A stretch of 64,000 nucleotides of DNA, taken from assembly GCA_965223325.1 (NCBI GenBank), contig CBDCWI010000001.1:1664001-1728000 (forward strand). Reading direction: 5' to 3'. Source of the stretch: Candidatus Multivoradales bacterium. GTDB taxonomy: Bacteria; Acidobacteriota; Thermoanaerobaculia; Multivoradales; Multivoraceae. Position numbers and translations under genes: made by a program. The notes below the pieces were generated by a model, which saw only the letters and a list, made by a program, of their open reading frames with translations, did no database searches and had not been told where the DNA came from. Shown in pieces: positions 21,782 to 31,817 of this stretch; position 1 is the first letter of the stretch; the number at the start of each line of letters is the position of its first letter.

Positions 21782-22075
21782 AACCTTCCAAAGGCGGGAG
21801 CCGTGCCAGCTGGCAGGTGCTCTGATAGCCTCCCCAACGCCCGCCCGCCGGTTCTCCTGGCTACCCGGCAAGCTCGACCCCCACTCTCGAGCCCTCCGGT
21901 TCCCTACCGAGCCTCCACCCCGGCGGCGAAGTGGGAAACCCCCACCAATCAGCTCACCACCAGAACACAGCCCTCCCAGATCTCCGAAGAACCCTTAGGG
22001 TTCCTCGACCCACTCATCTCTGGCCAGAGAAGCCCCAGCGCTTCTCCTGGATCTTTCTTCGAAAGGCATCACCCC

Positions 22076-22798
22076 ATGAAAACCATTGGACTCCGTGTCC
22101 TCGTCCCCCTTGTCGCACTGCTTGCCGTCGTGGCCGCATGTGGCAACGGCAGCGTCGCAACCGCCACTGCCGCACCCGCCGCCACTCAAGCTCCGGAGAG
22201 CGAATTGGACAAAACCAGCTACGCCCTTGGCGTTACGCTTGCCCAGCCCGTACCCGCCGAAGATCTCGACCTCAACATCGACCAGGTTCTACAAGGCGTC
22301 CGCGACGCCCTGACCGGCGCCGACCTGGCGCTCGACGAGGCAGCGATTGGCGCCGCGATGCAAGGTCTTCAGCAGCAGGTCCAAGAAGCCAGCAACAAGA
22401 AGGCCGCGGCAGCGCAGGCCGACGGCCTCGCCTTCCTCGAAGAGAACTCGAAGAAGGACGGTGTGACGGTGACCGAAAGCGGCCTGCAGTACGAAGTGAT
22501 CACTGCCGCCGACGGCCCCAAGCCGACCGCCACCGACCGCGTCACCGTGCACTACGAAGGTCGCCTGACCAACGGCGACGTCTTCGACAGCTCCATACAA
22601 CGGGGCGAGCCAGTGACCTTCCCGCTCAACCAGGTGATTGCCGGCTGGACCGAAGGCGTGCAGCTGATGTCACCGGGCGCCAAGTATCGCTTCACCATTC
22701 CTTCGGATCTCGGCTATGGAGCCGCCGGCGCGGGCGCCAAGATTCCCCCCAACTCGACCCTGGTCTTCGATGTCGAGCTGATCAAGATCGAAGAGTAG
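22076..22798 (+). CDS. FKBP-type peptidyl-prolyl isomerase, FkpA/Mip-like lipoprotein
   Basis: Lipobox VVAAC, SYALG, VTVHYEG, VIAGWTEG, IPPNSTLVFDVEL. Confidence 0.95.
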   Translation: MKTIGLRVLVPLVALLAVVAACGNGSVATATAAPAATQAPESELDKTSYALGVTLAQPVPAEDLDLNIDQVLQGVRDALTGADLALDEAAIGAAMQGLQQQVQEASNKKAAAAQADGLAFLEENSKKDGVTVTESGLQYEVITAADGPKPTATDRVTVHYEGRLTNGDVFDSSIQRGEPVTFPLNQVIAGWTEGVQLMSPGAKYRFTIPSDLGYGAAGAGAKIPPNSTLVFDVELIKIEE

Positions 22799-22885
22799 AC
22801 GGCCCCAGAGACCGCAGCCCGAGCCCCCGCCACCCCCGCTGGTCGCGGGGGCTTTACCCGTTGGCCCGTGAGAGAGTGCACAGTC

Positions 22886-23977
22886 ATGCGACAGATGCAC
22901 ACCAACGACGACGGTTACCAGCTGTTCGAGCTCGAAGGGCCCGACCTCGAACAGCCGTCGGAGCGCCGCCAGCTTCTCGAGATGATCGACGTCGCCTGGG
23001 CGCACGACTACAAGGGCACAGTGCGCCTCGACTTCAACGACGCCGTGCTCGCCAAGATGACTGCCGGAGACCATTGGACGGCGGTGCTGGTGCGGGCGCC
23101 CGACGGTTCCCCGGTGGGTTTCGAAGTGGCGCTCGAGCGTGAGCTTTGGGTAGGCACGCACAAGTTCCGCGTCTACTACGTTTCGATTCTCAGCGTCTCG
23201 GCTAAACATCGCCGCCAGGGACTCGGCCGGCTGGTCCTCGAGGGGATCAACCAGTTGGTCTTCGAGAAGCTGGGTGCCGACCTGATCGTCTCGACCTTTC
23301 ACCAGGGGTACTCGGGCGCACCGGCTGTAGAAAAGACCTTCTCCTCGATCGAGGGTTGGGGGGTGTTGCACTTTCACACCAGCTCGATGTGGAGCCTGCG
23401 GATGGACAAGGGAGCGCTCGAAGCACCGGTCGAAACGCTCGACTACACAGACCTGGAACTCGACGGCCGCCAGCAGCTCCGCGAGGGCTGGAGTAGCAGG
23501 GAAGGTACTCCTGCCGACGCCAACACGCTCGAAGATCCTGTGCGCTCCTCCTGCCCACTCGGCTTTCACCTGTCGAAGAGCCTGGCAGTGCAGTACCTCA
23601 ACCCCGCAAACCCCGCTTCGGGCCTTCGCCTCTATTCCTTCGCCGGCGAGCGCTCGGCACTCGCGGGTTGGAACATCCTGCCCATGGCGCTCGATGAGCG
23701 ACGCCTGGCACCGATCGGCCAACTGCAGCTCTTCTGGACAACGCAACTGGAAGCGTCGGAGCGCGCCGACGTGGTGCGCCACCTCGCCGGCTCACTGGCG
23801 AATCGCGGGTGTTTCGCCATCACCGGCCTCGACGGCCTCGGCGTGTCGGAACAGGAGTTCAAAGACCTCGGTTTCGTCGCCACCGGCGACCGCATTCACT
23901 TCGCCGCCCGCGGCCCCAAAGAGAAGCTGGCCGCCCTCGAGGGACAACCACCGCCCTACTTCCTCGACTTCACCTGA
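22886..23977 (+). CDS. Double-GNAT acyltransferase, N-myristoyltransferase-like architecture
   Basis: Motif A LSVSAKHRRQGLG; second GNAT-like half ending FKDLGF...YFLDFT*. Confidence 0.7.
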   Translation: MRQMHTNDDGYQLFELEGPDLEQPSERRQLLEMIDVAWAHDYKGTVRLDFNDAVLAKMTAGDHWTAVLVRAPDGSPVGFEVALERELWVGTHKFRVYYVSILSVSAKHRRQGLGRLVLEGINQLVFEKLGADLIVSTFHQGYSGAPAVEKTFSSIEGWGVLHFHTSSMWSLRMDKGALEAPVETLDYTDLELDGRQQLREGWSSREGTPADANTLEDPVRSSCPLGFHLSKSLAVQYLNPANPASGLRLYSFAGERSALAGWNILPMALDERRLAPIGQLQLFWTTQLEASERADVVRHLAGSLANRGCFAITGLDGLGVSEQEFKDLGFVATGDRIHFAARGPKEKLAALEGQPPPYFLDFT

Positions 23978-23982
23978 CGCAC

Positions 23983-24522
23983 TCAGAAGAGGTCTTCGAC
24001 CGCGGGGATGACTCCCGCCTCCCGGGCCTTCTCGAACAGTTCGGGGGTCGCCACCACCGCATAGATGACCTGGTCCAGAACCGGCAGCGGCAGGAAGCGG
24101 TGGTCCAGGCCCTTGGCAGCGAGCGCCTGGTTGATCAGCTCGTGGACCTTCTGGTTCACCCAGTCGCCGTTGGCGGGAAAGGAAACGCGAAACGTTTCCC
24201 CCTCCGAGGTGAAGCCAACCCTGTGCTCCTGGGATGCCTCGTCGAACTCATCAGCAATCGCCGTAGGACTGAAGAGGCCTGCTGAACCGGCGGCGTAGAG
24301 TTCGATGAGCGTGTGATAGCTGAAGGGCACGTTGCCGCCCGGCCCAAACCCCTCGATCATCTCAGTGTCGAACTCTACCGAGGCGAGGCTGAGAAAAGCG
24401 TCCCCGTCGTACTCCCAGGCCGCCTGCCGAGCAATGAACTCTTCGCGGTACGAACTCGGGAGCCCCTCCCACCAGCCGATGGCGTCGAGGGCGGCCAATC
24501 GTTGATCCTTGGTCACGGTCAC
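23983..24522 (-). CDS. Hypothetical protein, coupled to the upstream response regulator
   Basis: 179 aa, protein-like composition, 4-nt overlap with the RR. Confidence 0.7.
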   Translation of the reverse strand: MTVTKDQRLAALDAIGWWEGLPSSYREEFIARQAAWEYDGDAFLSLASVEFDTEMIEGFGPGGNVPFSYHTLIELYAAGSAGLFSPTAIADEFDEASQEHRVGFTSEGETFRVSFPANGDWVNQKVHELINQALAAKGLDHRFLPLPVLDQVIYAVVATPELFEKAREAGVIPAVEDLF

Positions 24523-25262
24523 CTCTTTCTGGTGCCCTGCGGAAGGGCTCCGTTCGGTTCCCTGGTGAAGCGATAGCCGACGCCGCGGACGGTGTGGAAG
24601 TGGCGTGGCTGTTCGGGTTCACGCTCGAATCGTTTTCGCAGGCGCAACAGGAAATTGTCGATCGTGCGCGCCGAGGGAAAGGTCTCGCCACCCCAGACCC
24701 GGTCGAGCAACAGGTCGCGCGAGACCACCCTCCCCTCCTGTTCGGAAAGCAAGGCGATAATGCCCGCCTCTTTGGCGGTCAGCGAGTACTGCTCGCCGTT
24801 CCAAGCGACGGCCTGATGAGCGTCGAGGTCGATCCGGTTGCCTCCGAACGCAAGCCGACCGCGAGACAGAGGTGACGAGCGCTCGGTATCTTTCGTGCGC
24901 CGCAAGATCGCCTGCACGCGTAGCAACAGTTCGCGCAACCTGAAGGGCTTGGCGAGGTAGTCGTCGGCTCCTGCTTCCAGCCCACGAATGCGATCGTCGG
25001 GCGCACCGCGTGCCGTCAGAAAGAGGACTGGGGTCTTCTCGCCGCGGGCACGGGCGATCTCACACAAGGTAAAGCCATCCATTCGCGGCAGCATAACGTC
25101 GAGAACCACCAGGTCGAAGTTGCCACCCACCATCCGGTCGAGCCCCGCGCGACCATCACCCACCACCTCTACGGTGAGACCTTCGGCCTCGAGGTTCTCG
25201 GCGATGCCGAGCGCCAGGTGACGCTCGTCTTCGACCACCAACACGCGCCGCGCCGTTTGCAT
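24519..25262 (-). CDS. OmpR/PhoB-family response regulator
   Basis: VVEDE, LDVMLP, GADDYLAKPF, TVRGVGYRF. Confidence 0.95.
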   Translation of the reverse strand: MQTARRVLVVEDERHLALGIAENLEAEGLTVEVVGDGRAGLDRMVGGNFDLVVLDVMLPRMDGFTLCEIARARGEKTPVLFLTARGAPDDRIRGLEAGADDYLAKPFRLRELLLRVQAILRRTKDTERSSPLSRGRLAFGGNRIDLDAHQAVAWNGEQYSLTAKEAGIIALLSEQEGRVVSRDLLLDRVWGGETFPSARTIDNFLLRLRKRFEREPEQPRHFHTVRGVGYRFTREPNGALPQGTRKR

Positions 25263-26381
25263 CTACGGGGTTCTCTCGCGCCGCGGCCATTCGACGACAA
25301 AAGAGGCGCCAGTTCCGGGCCCGGCACTTTCCGCGCGCACTCTCGCTCCCTCGAGCTGGAGGAAGCGGCGCGCCAGCCACAGGCCGAGACCGGTGCCGCG
25401 GGTCCGCCGCGTCATCTCGTCGCCGGTGCGGTAGAAGCGGTCGAACAGACGTTCCGCTTCGTCGGCGGCAAAGCCCAGGCCATCGTCGCGCACTTCGAGC
25501 ACGACCGAGTGCGGCTCCTCTCGGGCGTGAACCGTCACCGTGCCACCACCTGCCGCAACAACAGACTCGACCGCGTTGGCCAGAAGGTTGCGCAAGACAG
25601 CGTCCAGGGCGTTCTTGTCTGCCCAGACCTCGAGGTCCGACGCGATCTCGACCGAGACCGCCACGTCGGGTTCCTCTCGCGTCGGCAGGGTCTCGACGAT
25701 CTCGGCCACTGCCTTGCCCAAGAGCTGGGACCGCTGCCTGAGGGCTACAGTGGGCTCTCCGAGCCGGGTGGTGTCGAGCAGGTTGTAGACCAGCCGTTCG
25801 AGCCGCGAGACGTCGGCCAGCGAGCGCTCGAGCAGGCGATGGCGCTGCGCAGTTGCCTCGGAACGTTCCCGGTCGCGCAGGAGTAGCGTCTCGGTAGAGA
25901 GTCGTAGCGAGGCCAGCGGGCTCTTGAGCTCGTGCGAAACCGCGGCCAGAAAATTCTGCTGCGCTCCGCGCAGGTTGCGCTCCTGCCGGAGTATGCGACC
26001 TAGAACCAGCATCACCAGCGACAGAACAAAGAGAAAGAACAGGCCCTCGAAGACGTACTGCCGCACGTGCTCGCGACGCGCCGCGCGCAGGCCTTCGAGG
26101 GCTGCGGGATCGATTGAGACATCGCCACCGCCGAATTCGAGATGGGGATAGCGAGCTCGCAGGAGGCTCTCCGCAGTGCCCTCTCTGAGGAGTTCCTCGG
26201 CCGAGAGCAAGTCGACCTGCCAATGCTCGAGTTGCTCACTTCTGACCTCGCCTGAGTAGTTAGTTTGGTCGACGACCCACCAGACGACCTGCGCGAACGC
26301 CACGACGAGCAACAGAAGAAAGACCACGAACGCACGCCGCGACCGGCTGGAACCATCTGGAGCGTTGTTGGCCCCCGTCAC
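25263..26381 (-). CDS. Sensor histidine kinase
   Basis: Two TM helices, SHELKSPL, NLLANA, DDGLG, GTGLGL. Confidence 0.94.
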   Translation of the reverse strand: MTGANNAPDGSSRSRRAFVVFLLLLVVAFAQVVWWVVDQTNYSGEVRSEQLEHWQVDLLSAEELLREGTAESLLRARYPHLEFGGGDVSIDPAALEGLRAARREHVRQYVFEGLFFLFVLSLVMLVLGRILRQERNLRGAQQNFLAAVSHELKSPLASLRLSTETLLLRDRERSEATAQRHRLLERSLADVSRLERLVYNLLDTTRLGEPTVALRQRSQLLGKAVAEIVETLPTREEPDVAVSVEIASDLEVWADKNALDAVLRNLLANAVESVVAAGGGTVTVHAREEPHSVVLEVRDDGLGFAADEAERLFDRFYRTGDEMTRRTRGTGLGLWLARRFLQLEGARVRAESAGPGTGASFVVEWPRRERTP

Positions 26382-26417
26382 GTTCAGTCACTCCGAAAAG
26401 CCGCGGCCAACCGCAGG

Positions 26418-27488
26418 CTACGGCAGAAGGCCGCTTCTCTGAATCGCTTCGAGGGTTGGCGCAAGAGCCGCGGCGATCTTCTCGGACTCGACTCGTGCCA
26501 TCGACATCCCGGCAAGCGACGGTACGCCGGCAGCCGTCTCCACCGAGGCCAGAAGCGGGTACTCGAACGTCTCCTGGGCAAAGTACCTCTGCGCCTCTTC
26601 CGACAACAGGTAGTCGACCAGCGTCCTGGCCGCCTGGCTGTCGGCCAGAACGCCAACGCCGGCGACGTTCATGAACGCGGACACACCGTCGTCGGCCGGC
26701 ATGAAGTAGTTCACTCCACGAACGTCGGGGTTCTCGGCCAGCGCCCGGTGCAGGTAGTAGTGGTTGACCAACCCCCAGTCGATCTCACCGTTGATCGTGG
26801 CCTCGACGATGCTGCGGTTGTTGGCGTAGCGCTGCGGTTCGTTGGCAGTGACGGCTTGCAACCACGCGTCGAGCGCTTCGCTCCCGCGCACCGCGCGCAT
26901 GAGCGCCATGTGCGCCTGGAACGAGCCGTTGGCCGGAGCGAGGCCGAAGGTCCCGCGATAGCGTGGGTCAGAAACGTCGTCGAGACTCTGCGGCAGGTGC
27001 TCGCGCACGATGCGGTCGGGGTTGTAGACCACGACACGGGCACGGCCAGAGACCCCCACCCAGGTACCGTCGGCGGCGCGGAACTCGGGCGCTGTCCGCT
27101 CGAGGACGGAAGCAGCGAGGGTTTGGAATCGACCGGCATTGGCCACCGCACCAAGCGCCCCGGCGTCCTGGGCAAAGAACACATCGGCTGGGCTGGCGGC
27201 GCCCTCCTCGAGAATCGTCGCGGCGAGCTCGGCGGTGTCGCCGTACCGAACCTGAACGGCTATTCCCGTGTCCTCGGTGAACCTCGCCAGGAGCGGGCCG
27301 ATCAGGTTCTCGTTGCGCCCCGAGTAGACCGTAATCGAAGAAGGAGCCGCGGCATCCGTGTCGCCATCGCGAACCGGCTCTTGGTCGTCGCCCGAGCCGC
27401 AACCGGAGATCGAGAAACAAAGGGCGAAGAGGGCGATGGCAATCGAGCGCCAACTCTTCTGTAGCTTGGTGCCTGGGGGAACCGTCAT
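26418..27488 (-). CDS. Fe(III) ABC transporter substrate-binding lipoprotein (FutA/FbpA family)
   Basis: ITVYSGR, SPADVF, GRARV, NHYY; lipobox ISGC. Confidence 0.9.
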   Translation of the reverse strand: MTVPPGTKLQKSWRSIAIALFALCFSISGCGSGDDQEPVRDGDTDAAAPSSITVYSGRNENLIGPLLARFTEDTGIAVQVRYGDTAELAATILEEGAASPADVFFAQDAGALGAVANAGRFQTLAASVLERTAPEFRAADGTWVGVSGRARVVVYNPDRIVREHLPQSLDDVSDPRYRGTFGLAPANGSFQAHMALMRAVRGSEALDAWLQAVTANEPQRYANNRSIVEATINGEIDWGLVNHYYLHRALAENPDVRGVNYFMPADDGVSAFMNVAGVGVLADSQAARTLVDYLLSEEAQRYFAQETFEYPLLASVETAAGVPSLAGMSMARVESEKIAAALAPTLEAIQRSGLLP

Positions 27489-27550
27489 CTCGGAATCCTC
27501 ATGGGCCCGCGGGCCGTGCGCTGGGGGTGGGAAGCGACGGGCTCACCCTA

Positions 27551-28795
27551 TCAACGGCGACCCTTCCAACCACCCGCCCGGCGTACGACATCGAAGCCGT
27601 ACTTCCCGCGTAGCGCATCAATCGATCGATGGAGGTCTTCATCGCCCGGGAGCAACTCGAGCTGTGCGCTCGCGAGGCTGAGATTCGACAACGCAACGCC
27701 CAGAAGTCTCACCCGTCGTGGGGCCCTGCGCCCCGCGGTTTTTTGAGAGTTGGCGTCGCGATAGAGCTCCCGGATGACCCGCAGGATCTCGTTCTCGGAG
27801 CAAGTCGGAGCACCGCTCTTGGAACGCGTCAGGGTCTCGAAGTTCGCATAGCGCAGCTTCAAGGTCACGGTGCGCGCTTTGACCCCTCGCTTGCGAGCCC
27901 GCCAGCCCACTCGGTCGCACAGGTGGCAGAGCTGCCGGTCGATGCTGCGTGGGTCCGAGACGTCGTGCCTGAAGGTGCGTTCGTTCGAGATGCTCGACAT
28001 CAACTCGCCGCTCGGGTCGTGCTCTCTGAAGGCCGGCCGATCGCGCGAAAGATCCGCCGAACCGCGACCGAGAGCGCCGCGCCTCAGCCCGTCGGCCCAC
28101 GACCCGAACCAGCGGCGCAACTTCGACGGGTCGGTGCTGGCCAGTTGACCGAGGGTCGAGATGCCGCGCGCCGCCAGTTTCTCTTCGCCGACCGGGCCGA
28201 TGCCCGGCAACTTGCGCACCGGAAGCGGCGCCAGGAACTCACGCTCGGTGCCGGCCTTGACCATGAGGACACCGGCGGGTTTGGCGAGCCCCGAAGCGAT
28301 CTTGGACAGGGACCGACTGGTCGCAATGCCAACACTCGCTGGCAAGCCGAGTTCTCGATCGATGGCGCGGGTGATTTCGCGCACCGTGCGCTCGATGGTC
28401 TCGTCTTCGCCGTGATCCCACTTGCCACGGTAAAGCGCCTCGCAGCCGCTGAGGTCGAAGTACATCTCGTCGATGCTGGCGACCTGGACGACCGGCGTGT
28501 AGCGCGCCACGATCTCACGCACCTTCTTGGAGTACTCGCTGTACTGCCGGTCGCGCACCGAGAGGTAGATCGCTCGCGGCGCCAGGCGACCCGCCTCGAA
28601 GAGCGACATCCCCGAGCGCACGCCCAGCTTTCGCACCTCGTAGCTACAGGCCGTGACCACGCCGCGCGTCCCCGGCTGGCCGCCGATGATCACCGGCTTC
28701 CCCACCAGGCTCGGGTCGAGCACCCGCTCGACCGACACGAAGAAGGTGTCGAGGTCGAGGCAACAAATGCGTGGCTTCTGAAGCGGGAGGGTCAT
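27551..28795 (-). CDS. dinB: DNA polymerase IV (Y family)
   Basis: LDLDTFFVSVE, CSYEVR, SIDEMY, KPAG. Confidence 0.95.
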   Translation of the reverse strand: MTLPLQKPRICCLDLDTFFVSVERVLDPSLVGKPVIIGGQPGTRGVVTACSYEVRKLGVRSGMSLFEAGRLAPRAIYLSVRDRQYSEYSKKVREIVARYTPVVQVASIDEMYFDLSGCEALYRGKWDHGEDETIERTVREITRAIDRELGLPASVGIATSRSLSKIASGLAKPAGVLMVKAGTEREFLAPLPVRKLPGIGPVGEEKLAARGISTLGQLASTDPSKLRRWFGSWADGLRRGALGRGSADLSRDRPAFREHDPSGELMSSISNERTFRHDVSDPRSIDRQLCHLCDRVGWRARKRGVKARTVTLKLRYANFETLTRSKSGAPTCSENEILRVIRELYRDANSQKTAGRRAPRRVRLLGVALSNLSLASAQLELLPGDEDLHRSIDALRGKYGFDVVRRAGGWKGRR

Positions 28796-28890
28796 GACAG
28801 CATGGCGCAAATAGGGCGTATATTCTGCCTCGCTTCCGGCCACCGGTCAAGGCGGATGGGCCGGCGCGCGGCCGGCGGTAGGCTGGCAGT

Positions 28891-30885
28891 ATGCGTTACA
28901 CATCCAGGTTCCTCTTTCCTACGCTGCGGTCTTACCTCGCGCTCCTCGCCCTCGCGGCCACTCTCGCCGGGGCGGTGGCGGGTCAAGCGCCGGTCACCGC
29001 CAACACTGACAGCGACACCGACTGGGCCTTTAGTACCGGCCCGTGGGGTAGCCAACGCTACGCGCCTCTTTCCCAGATCAACGGCAGCAACCTCGATCGA
29101 CTCGCCGTCGCCTGGCGCTGGTCGTCGCCCGACAATGCCCTGCGCGCAGAAGACGAGTCCCTCCAGAGCGCCCGCATGGAACCTGGCAGTCACGAGGTCA
29201 CGCCGATCAAGCACGGCAGCGTGCTCTATGCCACCACCGGCTACTCGCAAGTCGCGGCCCTCGACCCCGGCACCGGTGAAACCCGCTGGACCTACGACCC
29301 GGAGTCCTACCGCAGCGGACGGCCGCCCAACCTGGGATTCGTCCATCGTGGCGCCACCTACTGGGAAGACAAGGAAGGCCGCGGGCGCGTGTTCTATGCC
29401 ACTGGCGATGCGTACCTCAAAGCCATCGACGCAACGACTGGCGAACCGGTTGGCAGTTTCGGAACCGGCGGCAGCGTCGACCTCACCAAGGGACTGCGAC
29501 GAGAGTTCAGCCGCCGCGGCTATGGGGTGAGCTCCCCGGTGATTCCCTGTCGCGGTGTGCTCGTGGTCGGTTCATCGATTTCAGACGGTCAGACGCATCC
29601 CAAGGCTCCCCCTGGCGACGTGCGCGGCTTCGATGCGGTGACCGGAAAGCAGCTGTGGGCTTTTCACTCGGTGGCCCAGGAGGGCGAGTTCGGCAACGAC
29701 ACCTGGCTGGACGACTCCTGGAAAGACACCGGCAACACCAACGTCTGGACACTGTCGAGCCACGATGAAGCGCTCGGCATGGTGTACCTCCCGTTCGGAA
29801 CGCCAACCAACGACTGGTACGGCGGCCATCGTCGCGGCGACAATCTCTTTGCCGAGACCCTCGTCGCCCTCGACTGTGAGACCGGTGAGCGGCGTTGGCA
29901 CTTCCAGACCACCCACCACGGGGTCTGGGACTACGACCTGGTGACCTCACCGATCCTCGGCGACGTCGTGGTCGACGGCGAGAAGAAGAAGGCTGTCTTC
30001 CAGCTCACCAAACAGGCCTTCGTGTTCGCCTTCGACCGCGTGACCGGCGAACCGCTTTGGCCGATCGAGGAGCGCCCGGTTCCACAGAGCACGGTGCCCG
30101 GCGAACAGACCAGCCCGACTCAACCCTTCCCCACCAAACCGCCTCCCTACGATGCGCAAGGGCTCAACGAAGAGCAATTGATCGCTTTGACACCCGAGCT
30201 CTTCCGTGAAGCCAAAAAGATTCTCGCGCAGTACAACCACGGGCCCATCTACACGCCGCCGGTCGTCGGCAAGACAACTCTCAACCTGCCGGGCTGGGCG
30301 GGCGGCTCGAGCTGGCAAGGCGGCGGCTTCGACCCCGAGACCGGCATGCTTTACGTGCCGTCGTTCACCATTCCAATCGGCGTCACACTCCAGGCACCCG
30401 ATCCGGCGCGTTCGAGCTTTCGCTACGTCGCCGGAATTCAACCAATCATCGAAGGGCCGCAGGGTCTTCCGCTGGTCAAGCCGCCCTGGAGCCGGCTGAC
30501 TGCCTACGACATGAACGCGGGCGAGATCCGTTGGGTCAAGGCACTCGGCGACGGCCCCACGGACCATCCCGCCCTGGCCGGGCTCGACCTGCCCCCAATG
30601 GGTGACCTGGCGCGCAGTCACGTGCTGGTGACCAAGACCCTCCTGTTCGTCAATTCAAGCGCTGGCCTCGGGCGTGGCTACGCACCCGAGCGCGACGATG
30701 CCCGGTCCTACCTTCGCATCTTCGAGAAAAAGACCGGCGAGCTGCTGCGCGAGATCGAGCTGCCTGCAACCTCAGACGGCTCCCCGGCGACCTACATGCA
30801 CGAAGGGAGGCAGTACATCGTCTTCGCGCTCGGAGGCCGCGAAGACCCGCAAGAGCTGATCGCGTTCGCGTTGGCAGAAGAATAG
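28891..30885 (+). CDS. PQQ-dependent (quinoprotein glucose-type) dehydrogenase
   Basis: Signal peptide, PQQ propeller repeats, HHGVWDYD, WPIEERPVP, PPWSRL. Confidence 0.9.
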   Translation: MRYTSRFLFPTLRSYLALLALAATLAGAVAGQAPVTANTDSDTDWAFSTGPWGSQRYAPLSQINGSNLDRLAVAWRWSSPDNALRAEDESLQSARMEPGSHEVTPIKHGSVLYATTGYSQVAALDPGTGETRWTYDPESYRSGRPPNLGFVHRGATYWEDKEGRGRVFYATGDAYLKAIDATTGEPVGSFGTGGSVDLTKGLRREFSRRGYGVSSPVIPCRGVLVVGSSISDGQTHPKAPPGDVRGFDAVTGKQLWAFHSVAQEGEFGNDTWLDDSWKDTGNTNVWTLSSHDEALGMVYLPFGTPTNDWYGGHRRGDNLFAETLVALDCETGERRWHFQTTHHGVWDYDLVTSPILGDVVVDGEKKKAVFQLTKQAFVFAFDRVTGEPLWPIEERPVPQSTVPGEQTSPTQPFPTKPPPYDAQGLNEEQLIALTPELFREAKKILAQYNHGPIYTPPVVGKTTLNLPGWAGGSSWQGGGFDPETGMLYVPSFTIPIGVTLQAPDPARSSFRYVAGIQPIIEGPQGLPLVKPPWSRLTAYDMNAGEIRWVKALGDGPTDHPALAGLDLPPMGDLARSHVLVTKTLLFVNSSAGLGRGYAPERDDARSYLRIFEKKTGELLREIELPATSDGSPATYMHEGRQYIVFALGGREDPQELIAFALAEE

Positions 30886-31026
30886 AGATACAACGAGAAT
30901 CCCGGCTCGTCGCATTGCAGACATGCGGTGAACCGCGCCGAAGGATAGGGAGCTTCCGCGCATCCTCATGGTTCGAGGTCCGAACGTCCGGTTCGAGCCC
31001 GAGCCATGTTCACAGGAGCGTTTCCA

Positions 31027-31737
31027 ATGTCACGGTTTCTCGCCTTCATCTTCTCGACAGTGGTTCTCTTCCTCGCGGTTGACCCCGCGGCCGCCAAACA
31101 CAAGGAGGTGATCGAACTCTCCGACGCTCGCGTCATCATCGAAATCAACGACACCGACGGGGACTCGGGGATTCAGATCTTCCTCGACGCCGAGGGCTGG
31201 AAGTGGATGGCCGTCTACGATCCGTACTTCCGTCGTGTCATGACGTTTCGAGCGTCGGGCAGCGCTCGCCAGACCGGCGTGACCGAGCTGTTCCTCGAAA
31301 GCGCCGAGCCCGGCTTCGACGACCTACCGCTCGACGAGTTCCTCCACCGCTTCCCTGAGGGCACCTACCTGTTCTGGGGCCGGACCGTCGATGGCGACAT
31401 CCTGATCGGCGAGGCCGAGTTGACCCACGCCCTTCCCGACGGGCCCGTGTTGGTCTCGCCGGAAGAAGACGAGACCACCACTGCTGACAACACCATCGTC
31501 GAGTGGCTGCCTGTGTCAGACCCCGAGGGCAGCTCGATCGTCAACTACCAGGTTCTGGTCGTCCAGGAAGAGCCAACCCTTCGGGTCCTCGACATGATGC
31601 TGCCGGCCGATGCGACCAGCGTGAAGATTCCCTTCGCGTTCCTGGCGCCAGGCGGCACCTACAAGTACGAGATTCTGGCAATCGAGGAGAGCGGCAACCA
31701 GACGCTCTCCGAGCGCGAGTTCGAAGTCGAAGGCTAG
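31027..31737 (+). CDS. Secreted hypothetical protein with C-terminal FnIII-like domain
   Basis: AGGAG RBS, signal peptide, VEW..YQV..YKYEILA pattern. Confidence 0.7.
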   Translation: MSRFLAFIFSTVVLFLAVDPAAAKHKEVIELSDARVIIEINDTDGDSGIQIFLDAEGWKWMAVYDPYFRRVMTFRASGSARQTGVTELFLESAEPGFDDLPLDEFLHRFPEGTYLFWGRTVDGDILIGEAELTHALPDGPVLVSPEEDETTTADNTIVEWLPVSDPEGSSIVNYQVLVVQEEPTLRVLDMMLPADATSVKIPFAFLAPGGTYKYEILAIEESGNQTLSEREFEVEG

Positions 31738-31748
31738 GACTCACCGAG

Positions 31749-31799
31749 CGACCGAACCCTGCGTCGCCTCTTCGAACACTCGAACGCAGGGTTCGGTCG
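31749..31799. terminator. 16-bp inverted repeat between convergent genes
   Basis: CGACCGAACCCTGCGT / ACGCAGGGTTCGGTCG. Confidence 0.65.
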
Positions 31800-31817
31800 T
31801 TCGAAGAAGGCCCAGTC

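Noticed and set aside
28796-28890. LexA box upstream of dinB
   Set aside because: No recognisable SOS dyad; the lineage consensus is unknown to me.
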